A DNA stretch of 59,444 bases, filler included, from Basidioascus undulatus (Eukaryota): the NCBI GenBank assembly GCA_000826855.1. It is 6 parts of 6 records of this genome, joined end to end, with 100 filler letters (N's around TTAATTAATTAA, not from the genome) between each part and the next. Parts side by side here need not be neighbours in the genome. Positions count along the whole stretch, not along the records: positions 46,598 to 52,949 come from JTLS01001750.1; positions 53,050 to 59,444 come from JTLS01001751.1; 4 more parts are not named here. One strand, 5' to 3'. Shown here piece after piece: positions 50,591 to 59,444 of the stretch. Within the stretch, counting starts at the first letter, position 1. Every line of letters starts with the position of its first letter. Below the pieces are notes generated by a model. The model was not told where the DNA came from. It saw only the letters and a program-made list of their open reading frames with translations, and ran no database searches. The position numbers and the translations under genes were made by a program.

Positions 50591-51221
50591 GTACTGTGAC
50601 CGCATTGCGACGGCATTGCGCCTGATGCCCAACCTGCGCACTTCCGGTTGCGGACATGAGACCACTGGATGCTTCGCACCCAACCGCACGCTTGTTTCCG
50701 CACACGCATCGATGCGCTATCTGGAGTTCTATATATCGGACTTCGACAGTCATCCTCCCTTCACGCACGCTCTCGCCTTGCCGTCTCCCAAACAGCTCAC
50801 CCTTCACGCGTGGTACTTGTCTCAGGTGGAGACTGAACTGGGCCGGCCTCGGAACAGGTTCCTTGTCGAGCAGGGGGCGTGGCTCAAGCGCCTTTCGATC
50901 GACTTCGAAAACCATTCTGACGGGCTGCTCATTGTCGACGATACGCTGGGGACGCTCCTCGAGGGGGCAGAGCTTCCCGCCCTCCGCGAGCTCTCTGTGG
51001 CATTCCTGATCGACATGGACATGCACCGTCTCAACCGAAAGCGCAATGACACCGCTCCCGAAACGACCTGGAACCACGGCGACCCGAAGGGCAAAAAGTG
51101 GGGTCTGGAGGATCGCATAACTTTCAAGCAGGCAGAGATCGAGGCGAGCTTAAAGTATCTCGCGGAGTTCCACAGCGGGCTTGAGAACTCGCTCGCCAGA
51201 CGGTTCCCGAGCGCCGAGTGA
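50591..51221 (+). CDS. LRR/F-box-type protein 3' exon fragment (5' part not evident)
   Basis: After an acceptor (ctgactttag): ALRLMPNLR, LKRLSIDF, LPALRELSV within a ~200-aa open frame. Confidence 0.4.
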
Positions 51222-52949
51222 TGGACCTTGGAGATCAGAATGTCAAGGACTTAGGGCTCGGCAGGGATGGGCCCGCCGTGGTTTACACTGTGTCAATCGC
51301 TCCTGAAGATACTTTATTTCTATCTTTTTTTTGGGGGGGCGGGGGGCATCTGAATGTGACCCTCGCGCACTTCATTATTGCATGGATACGGGGCCTTGAT
51401 CCTTCTTGCCGTGTAATTGTGCAGCCCGAGTGCCGAAGCGCTTGATGGACGTGAATGGAAGTTTCGAAGCATGTCCACATTTGATACAGAGTTGATCTGC
51501 AGAGTTGGTGGGCCGGTCAATGGCTAATTACAGACGGAACAACTGTCCAAGGCCGGTCGGTGGTCGATACGGAACGCACTCGCAGTCCTTCGAAAGGAGG
51601 CTGGAGGACTGCTCGCTGTGTTAGCTCATCACCGTTTTTGTTAGCCATATCGGCACACTGGAGAAGGGACAGGATCATCAAGACTTCGAACTTCCTAGCA
51701 AGCATTCATCCTAGATCCTAGCGATCGTTCAGAAGTTCGCATCGACGTCGACTCCTCCGGCCAGCACGCGTCTCGACTCCAAATCTACCAATCCCACCGC
51801 CCTCGGCACTTCTGGAATCCCCCCCATAGTAGTCCAACTATCTCCACTCTCCCCCCCTTCGCGGTCGCATAAGAACCAAACGCTGCACCACACAATATGC
51901 AGCACGCACCCTCCTCGCCCTCCCCACCTCTCCCCTCTTCCGCTACTCACCCACCTCTCTCCACCTTCCCCGGCCCCCCTACACCATGTCAGCACCCACT
52001 CCCCATAGCCACAACCTCAATGCGCACTGCTCCTCCTCCTCCCCGGCAACCTCTATTCCTGAGAGCAGTGTTTCAGTGGTGCAATCCCTCGCCCAACTTT
52101 TCTCCATCGCCCGCGGAACGAGCTCGGCAGGAACAATTGGTGTGCGTGTGTGTGTGGACTCAATCATAGTACCCGGACTCCCCTCTCTCGCTTGCATGTC
52201 TTTGGGTAGGGGCTCACGTGGGTAGGCTGCTCAAGGACCGTCGGACGTCGGTAGCTGTTGGGAGGGCGTGTGGGAAGTGCGGGGCTGGATGGGGACCGAG
52301 AGTAAAGGCAAGACGGGGAGGGAGTTGGCGGGTATGTGAGAGGGAAGAGAAGGGAGAAACAGCGAAGCAGGAGGGAGAGACGTGGAGTGCGAGTGCTCCG
52401 TGTGCAGCTCGTTGGTGGGGCAATGTGCCCAGAGTTCGCTTCCGCCCGTCCCTCCCGCTCCGTCTATTCCTCCGTCGACAAGACAAGTATGAATATTGTT
52501 GCTCTGCGATGAGGTCGCTTTGAACTTGACAGTGAAAAGCCAGACTGCGTCGATGTGGGGGTGGCATTTGCGGCGCAGGGACTTGGAACTGGGACAGCCC
52601 GAAGGAAGATAAGAAAGTGGTGGCATGGAGTGATGCTGCGCGCCTTGACCGTTTGGACTTGCTCCCGTTCGACGTCGGAGCACACGTGGCGCTGCGTCGA
52701 AGCTGGAGCTCGGGCTGAAGTAGTACTACGCGGGCGACCGGCAGTCAGATGGAAGCCTCAGCGAACAAGGGCGTTCACAGTGCGGACGCCAGCACGAAGA
52801 TGTATTATCCAGCAATCAAGAAGGTCGTATTATTCATCACAAAACGCCCCCACCGTTACCTTCTCCTCCGTTCACCCCTCCTCCTCGCCCCCCAGACAAA
52901 CCACACGCTGGCGGAGCTGAACCAAGATAAGCACCAGAACCCATTCGCG

Positions 52950-53049
52950 NNNNNNNNNNNNNNNNNNNNNNNNNNNNNNNNNNNNNNNNNNNNTTAATTA
53001 ATTAANNNNNNNNNNNNNNNNNNNNNNNNNNNNNNNNNNNNNNNNNNNN
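52950..53049. other. Artificial contig spacer
   Basis: N44-TTAATTAATTAA-N44. Confidence 0.97.
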
Positions 53050-53129
53050 ACTCGTCTCGTAATCAACCATTGCCCTCACAAGCCCCGGGTAGCCCCCGTT
53101 GCGATCCGTTTCACTCTGCCGGATCCTGA

Positions 53130-53593
53130 CACCAGGTGTCTCCCTCTGTATGTTAGACAGGGAATGTCAGACAGGTTTTCATCATGTTGTCCAACATATG
53201 AGGCAGTGATTCAAAACTGGCATCCAAAATTTTGTTAAAACATGTTGTCCAACATGCCAGGCAGCCATCCAACATGTCACCCAGTAAGTTGTCCAACATC
53301 CAGACACCCCCTTCCCCTGGGGCAAGGCATTCAAGATTCGCATATGGAGGGTGTCTGTGCTCACAGACACACCCTGCCTTGATTTCCAGACCCAGTGCTG
53401 GACTTGTGGTCCAACATGTCTTCCAACATCTCAGGCAGTCATCCAGTAGACAATCCCACCTCCCTTCTAGACACCTACTATCTACACCTGCAAACAACCC
53501 TGTCCATATAATCACAGAAATCTGCTTGATAATCATAGAAATCTGCTTGACAAACTTTATAACTCCATGATAGACAACCAAAGACACTCCCTA
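53130..53593. mobile_element. Degenerate DNA-transposon end (hAT-like terminus with subterminal repeats)
   Basis: About 460 bp almost free of CpG. TCCAACAT motif about 6 times. 21-bp tandem repeat at 53508-53549. Ends in GACACTCCCTA (reverse complement TAGGGAGTGTC, a hAT-type TIR start). Confidence 0.5.
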
Positions 53594-53729
53594 CTGAAGG
53601 TAGGTGGTCCTGGTTGCAAGTTTGGAGGTGCAGAGTTCCAACCAAGCGGTGCTAGCATCTGGGGAAGTCTGGGGTCTCCAACACAGCACAAGGCCTCACT
53701 TCCTTCTGATGATGCTGAGTGGGAGCAGG

Positions 53730-54582
53730 ACACCACCAACGGTTGGTCAAGTGACGTTATCATCGCAAACAGCAACAGTGTGTATCTCTTTTCAAGTGCA
53801 TGCAGTCAGAAGGAGTGAAGATCAAACCCTTTGCATTCAGTGGTCGACGGGATCACCATTCCAAGTGACCTGGTGGATGGCGAATACGTGAGTGGTTTAG
53901 TCCTGCGTTCTGTCATGAATAAAATTGCCTCACAATGTGTTCGATGTTCCTTCCAAATTCTGTGCCACGAGCTGCTCGCTCTGCACAGCGCAACTCAAGA
54001 GAATGGTGCCCAGTTCTGTGAACTTCGAAGCGACCCTTGTGACCGCTTGAGAGAAGTCATCTAGGCTGATCCAAGACCACCTGCCATCACAGTCCCGAGC
54101 TGCCACCAGATCTCGGTTTGAGGTGGCAGCGGCACTGCCTCTCCCGCAGACCTCATATCCTTCCCTGGAGCGTACGACTCGAAGGACCCCGGCATCCTCT
54201 ACACCTCTGCCCACTCCACCTCAGACCATTCGGCATACGTGATACGTGCGTTGACCTTAAAGGGCAATATGTTACATTCCTCACCGTTAACCAACTGGCC
54301 TTATGTTCCACAGCGGACCGTGCCGTCTACACTCCGGGAGGTTCTTCGGGCGGTGTTGCGAGCAGCAGCACCAACGCTCCTACCTCTACCGCTGCCCAGT
54401 CTTCCGCGGTCGAGGCCTCCGCCGCACCGAGTGGCACCGACGTCGTCTCGGAGGTGCCCGCCAGCATCGCTGTCAGTGGTACGTCGTCCACGGCAGCTCC
54501 CACCGCCACGAAGGACCCACTTGCCGGCTGCAAGCATCGGGCACCATCTGCAGGCGTCTCCGCAAGAAGGTACTTTGAGTGA
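53730..54582 (+). pseudogene. AA9 (GH61) LPMO pseudogene, 5'-truncated paralog
   Basis: NGWSSDVII, TIPSDLVDGEY, ILCHELLALHSA...GAQF, PSCHQISV*GG, SFPGAY..DPGI. Acceptor mutated to AA at about 53956, TGA at 54119-54121. Lacks the His-brace N-terminus. Confidence 0.85.
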
Positions 54583-55680
54583 GCTCGATCTTTCATTTTC
54601 ACAACTACCACCCTTAGTCCCTTTTCTATCGGTCCTTTATAGGCCAAGGGCCTCCGTGGTGTATCTCTTAACGAGAACCTGACCACACATTCATCGAGTG
54701 CTGTTCTGCATTTCAGCTTAATGCCGGCATCACGAGCCTCAACCCTCCCCGTGAACACTTACGAGCATAACCTCGTGTAGTTATCATTTGTACACTGCAC
54801 TCCTAATCGAAGGCATTCAACACTACTCAGGTACATGGATTGTGCACATAAATGCTACTTGTTGTGTTGACATACAACTGCCCGCTGCCAGGCAAAACAG
54901 ATCGTCTGCGATTTCTGCAGTGGCTTCCTTGGTACTGTTCAACGCTTTGATCCGGCATTATGATGTTGAAAGTCAAAAACAAAGGGCCTCTTAAAATAAA
55001 GAACCGCCAGTAAGAGACTTACATAGATACTTACATTCCATTATAATCGGGGGACTTTCGTGCTTTCTGCTCAGGACGAGCATTCGGTGCCACGCAGCCA
55101 AGTGCTTTGTACAGATACAAAGAGGGAGACAGCCTCCCCACACTTTGAATGTGCCAGTCATCGATATGATGTGCAAGGCAAGGGCACTCCCTGCGAGCGG
55201 TCTCTTGCGGCTTTTAGGCGAACCGCCGCAGACTATTACGGACAAAGCAGCAGATGGTGCTGGTTTCATCACATCGTCCTTGGTCCCGCCGCTCATTTCG
55301 CTGCAGGCAGCGACTCCACGCCGCTTACCCTTCTCATATATCAGTCTCCTGCTCTGATGAAGTTGCTATTTCCAGGCCGCATCTTGCATCCCGCAGCTGC
55401 ACATCCGCGTGGCATTATTTCCCGTGACGCTGAAAGCCGCAGTATAAGTGTCGGCAGTTCACATCCTCTCTTCTTCCCAGACTCCCATCTTCGACCGCCC
55501 GCTTCGCTGTTCTTGTCTTGACTTCTTCCTTGTGGGTTGCTCCCGTGGCATTGAAGGACTTCAAGGCTTTGAATCTATTAACAATGTCAACGCAGTTGTC
55601 GACCAAAGCTCGACTCTCACTCGTCTACACTCCCCACATTCACTTCATATCCACATTCTCTCGACTCCGTCTCGTTCACA

Positions 55681-57470
55681 ATGCTCTTCAAGACCGTCAC
55701 CCCGGCTGCTGCGGCTACCATTCTTGCTGCCACTCGCGTCTCTGCTCACGGTGTACGCTCTCCCACACCGAATCTGGGGAAATGATCTAACCTGCTGTTG
55801 GTCTTCTGCAGTGCGTCGAGAGCATCAATTTTGGTGGTGAGGTCGTTACGACGTTGAAGCCTTACAACGACGGGCCCTCCTCGGTGCGTATCACCCGGCG
55901 TACAACACCAATGGTCCTATTGAGGATGTCACGGCGGCAACCATTCGGTCAGTCGCTCTCCATGATAGGTTTTCACAAGAATCGCGCAGAGCTGATCCCC
56001 AATTACGGAACAACAGCTGCAACTCGGTGGGTTCTGCTCGTATTGCACGCTCCTGTGGATCTAATAAACCGTTTTATTCAGAACGGCGGCAACGATAACC
56101 AGCCTGCACCCATCGCTGCCAACGTGACTGCCGGCGACGCCGTCAAGTTCCACTGGGACACTTGGCCTGAGAGGTGTGTTTTCTTCCCCTTCATATACTC
56201 GGCTGTAGCACTAACATGTTGAGGCATCCTTGAACAGCCACGTCGGTCCGACCATGAGTGCGTGTCGTACTCCTGCTTTCTAACGGCGTTGAGCTTTGCG
56301 CGACGGACCTGAAAAACTCACATGTTGACCACTATTGCTTTGCGCAGCCTACCTTGCCAAGTGCGATGGATCGTGCTCAGACTTTGTACGTCTTCATTCC
56401 TTTCACATTTCCCTGTCCAAAGAACTGACGCACCGACTCTACTTCACTCGACTAGGCTGGCGACGGCGCTATCTGGTTTAAGATTCATGAGCAAGGTTAG
56501 GTGAGTATCCTATAGCTATCCCTTCTGGAGACTCCTTTCCGATGATTTGCCGCGGAGCAGGACGCCAACAACGGTTGGGCGAGCGATGCTTTGATCGCCA
56601 ACGGCAACAGTACGTATCCACTTTACGTGCCCTGCAGTTGAGAAAGGATGTGGGTCTTAGACTGCACCTTTCAGCCGTCGAGGGGGTTACGCTTCCCAAT
56701 GACCTCGAGGACGGCCAATACGTGAGTCGTTTCTTCAACCGAGACCAAAACCTGACCCTATGCACCTCATGTGCCTCTCAGATTCTGCGCCACGAGCTGC
56801 TCGCTCTGCACAGTGCGACGAAGAAGAACGGTGCCCAGTTCTGTACGTTAACAAGCTGTCTTTGAATCAGACGAAGACATTCAGCACTGATGTTTTACCT
56901 CAAGTTCTCTCAGACCCCTCTTGCCATCAGATCTCCGTTTCCGGCGGCAGCGGCACTGCTTCTCCCTCTGACCTCGTCTCGTTCCCGGGTGCGTACAAGG
57001 CGGACGACCCTGGTGTCTGGTATAACTCGCTCTACTCCACCCAAGACCACTCCGACTACGTGATCCGTGCGTAGGCTGCTCAGAACACTCATACCTGCTC
57101 GAAAATATTGACATGTTCTCCCGCCTTGACAGCTGGCCCGTCCGTGTACACTCCCGGTGGCTCCTCGGGCGGCAGCAACTCCAGCGGCAGCAGCAGCGCG
57201 GCCGCTCCCACCTCTGCCGCCTCTGGCTCTTCCTCCGCCGCTGAGACTTCCTCCGCCGCCGCTGGGATCTCCGCCGCCGCTGGGACCTCCGCCGCCGCTG
57301 GGACCTCCGCCGCCGCGAGCAGGGCTCCCGCCGCCTCGATCTCGTTCGCCGACGACATCACCACGAAGCCCGCCAGCACCGTCGCCTCCGGCTCAACTTC
57401 CAGCGACCCGTACGCCGGCTGCAAGCGGTCTGGCACCGTCGCTCGCCGTCTCCGCAAGAAAGCCTACTGA
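55681..57470 (+). pseudogene. AA9 (GH61) lytic polysaccharide monooxygenase, full-length but disrupted
   Basis: Signal peptide then H1 (VSA-HG), NGPIEDV, WPESHVGP, YLAKC, WFKI, GQYILRHELLALHSA..GAQFYPSC, FPGAYKADDPG, PGPSVY, Ser/Ala linker. Lesions: -1 frameshift at about 55898 and in-frame TAG at 56498-56500. Confidence 0.85.
57235..57316 (+). repeat. 18-bp coding tandem repeat (CCGCCGCCGCTGGGACCT; SAAAGT units) in AA9 linker
   Basis: About 4 imperfect units are visible directly. Confidence 0.75.
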
Positions 57471-58406
57471 GCGCGAGCTCGGTTTCTTACTTTGATAGCG
57501 TCACGGCTTGCCTGTCCCCTTACCCTGTTTTGCTTAGAGGCCCGGAGCCTACCACGTGTATCTCTTGACCCACCACGCATCCATCGAATACTGTTCTTAC
57601 AACGTCTACCGGAAACCGAAGTGAAACTCTGAGCTGTCTCTCCCGTCACGTAAATGAGAACCCCGCGGCAGCTCTGCTTCCACATTGAGATCACACGCCA
57701 TCCCTTGTGGCTTTTGGTCTACGCCACCTTCCCACGATGTATCAGTTACCCAAAGGCAGACTGCATATTAGAAATAGGTAAGACCATCGAGCAAGCGATA
57801 GGAGGTTGCAGCCACTCGCAGTGCTTAGCAGGCCTGTCATCTTCGCGCATTGAACCCACCGTCTCCGCCCGTCAACTCGCTCATCGCAGATCTGTGCCCA
57901 CTCGACATTATTTCTAGTTTTTCCTTAACTAGCATCCCCATCGCATGTGCTCTGGAGAGCAGACAGTCCGCTGTCCCTCCCCCCTCCGGGTAGAGGTTTC
58001 CTCGTCCTCGTCCTTCCCGGGCGCCTCCAGTACTCAGCTCCCCTTGCTCTGCGCAAAACTTGGAAGGGTAATGAAAGACCATTCCTGATATCCCTCGATA
58101 GAAGAGTAGCCAGTTCTTATAGAACGCCGGACGGGCGCTTCGTCACACACCGTGCACACCAGCATCGGAGGAGTCCGCCACGTCGACGTGCAGCCATGCA
58201 AGGAGTATACTCCATCGAGATAGCTGTTCCGCGTACGGTTAACATATGGCTGTTTAAATACAGATGATCAAAAGAATTCCAAGTCGAGACGCACTGGTAC
58301 GTCTCTAGAGGAATCTCGACAAGGTCCACATCTAAACCGGGAATTATGCAACGTTCCAACAGTTTCCCGCATCCATCCGAGTCCTTCCCCTTTCCCCTAT
58401 CAACCC

Positions 58407-59444
58407 TCACTCCAGCCCAGCCCTCTCCACCCACTGCCTCCACTCCTTTCCCAGCCCCTCCCTCTCCACCCACCCCTTCCCACCCAACCACCTCCGCACC
58501 CTCTCCTCATCCCACCCCTCAGCGCCCTCGTCCAGCACCCCCATATCACCCTCCCCCTCGAGCGCAAGCACGCTCCACCCAACGCACATCATCCCCGGCG
58601 GCCGCTGCTCGCCCACCGCCTCCAGCGCCTTCTCAATCCCGCTAAGCGTGGAAGCTACCATCCTCTGACTCGGGGAGCTCGCCTGCTCTATTATAGCAAT
58701 AGGAAGGTTGGGCGGGTAGCCGGCGCCGAGGAGCGCGGGGAGAAGCGAGGGGAGGCGCGCGACGCCCATGAGGATGAGGAGGGTGCGGGAGCGGAAGTAG
58801 GGCGGGAAGGGCAGCGAGCGCCCGCCCCGCCCGACGCCCGTGCAGAGGATGAGCGAGTCCGCGGCGCCACGTTGGGTGACGGGGATGTTGAAGAGGAGGG
58901 GGCCCGCGAGGGAGGAGGAGATCCCGGGGATCACAATGGGCGGGAAGCCGTGCGAGCGGAAGTAGAGCACCTCTTCGCCCCCCCGGCCGTAGACGAAGGG
59001 GTCGCCTTGCTTCACTGCGCATGTGGAAACGACAAGAATGTCAGATTCTGTGCGAAAGAAGGCATGGAGGAGAGGGGAAAGACACGCACATCGCACAACG
59101 ACCTTCCCCTCCCTTGCAGCCTCTACTGCCCACTCCATCAGCTCGCTCTGCGCGCCCTCCGCGTTCCCCGGGAACTTGCGCGCGATCCGCAGGTCCGTCC
59201 CGCGCGGGACGAGCGCGAGGATCGCCTGGGGGACGAGCTTGTCCGAGAGCACGACGTCCGCGGTGGTGAGCGCCCGGTGCGCCGCGAGCGTGAGCAAGGA
59301 AGGCGAGCCGGGGCCGGAACCGAGGAGGAGAATGGTTCCTTTCTTTGCTTTGGGCGCAGAGAGGGGGAGGGCGTGCTGGGAGGGGGGAACGGCGGCGAGG
59401 GTTACGGTGGTGGGAGGGGCGGGGTTGTCTGCAGCGGGAAGGAT
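58407..59444 (-). CDS. MET1: Uroporphyrinogen-III C-methyltransferase (siroheme synthesis), C-terminal part
   Basis: ILLLGSGPGSPSLLT, ADVVLSDKLV, ARKFPGNAEGAQ, VVR|LKQGDPFVYGRGGEE, IPGISS, IPVTQRG, TLLILMGVARL. Intron 59089-59015. Runs off the window end. Confidence 0.93.
   Translation of the reverse strand: MLPAADNPAPPTTVTLAAVPPSQHALPLSAPKAKKGTILLLGSGPGSPSLLTLAAHRALTTADVVLSDKLVPQAILALVPRGTDLRIARKFPGNAEGAQSELMEWAVEAAREGKVVVRCACLSPLLHAFFRTESDILVVSTCAVKQGDPFVYGRGGEEVLYFRSHGFPPIVIPGISSSLAGPLLFNIPVTQRGAADSLILCTGVGRGGRSLPFPPYFRSRTLLILMGVARLPSLLPALLGAGYPPNLPIAIIEQASSPSQRMVASTLSGIEKALEAVGEQRPPGMMCVGWSVLALEGEGDMGVLDEGAEGWDEERVRRWLGGKGWVEREGLGKEWRQWVERAGLE

Noticed and set aside
53180..53550. Repeated TCCAACAT motifs as a CRISPR-like array
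   Set aside because: 8-bp motif with irregular spacing in eukaryotic context. It fits transposon subterminal repeats better.
7890..56500. Recurrent in-frame TAG codons (7890, 16083, 18458, 37819, 38112, 56498) suggesting TAG recoding or A-to-I editing
   Set aside because: Most of these genes also have frameshifts, deletions or other stops, and intact genes (ALDH, NOP4) terminate with TAG. Ordinary nonsense mutation explains them.

Overview
Intron-rich, GC-rich fungal genomic DNA, most likely a basidiomycete (short GT-AG introns, microexons, basidiomycete-type gene families). The window is not one locus. It is six contigs joined by artificial 100-nt spacers (N44-TTAATTAATTAA-N44) at 6424-6523, 12944-13043, 19446-19545, 46498-46597 and 52950-53049. 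Genes with no visible lesions: an aldehyde dehydrogenase, a FEX/CrcB fluoride exporter (partial), tRNA-Gly(GCC) with a 7-nt intron, an SPT23/MGA2-like transcription factor (partial), a secreted SYSYPPP-repeat/Cys-rich protein, NOP4, GAL7, an NAD(P)-binding atypical SDR and MET1 (partial). An NTF2/G3BP-like gene and CCT4 are broken by chimeric junctions near contig ends. The strongest signal is selective gene decay. Most accessory genes (old yellow enzyme, beta-lactamase-like esterase, sugar transporter, ADH, two AA9 LPMOs, three F-box-like genes, a DUF4470-like gene) carry stops, frameshifts or truncations, while housekeeping genes are clean. One AA9 copy shows CpG-deamination damage next to a transposon end. 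The best candidates for undescribed biology are two secreted proteins: a KEX2-type repeat precursor (23419-24733) and a small amphipathic, bacteriocin/saposin-like pre-pro-protein (43355-43931). All calls come from manual reading and motif recall; no searches were run.
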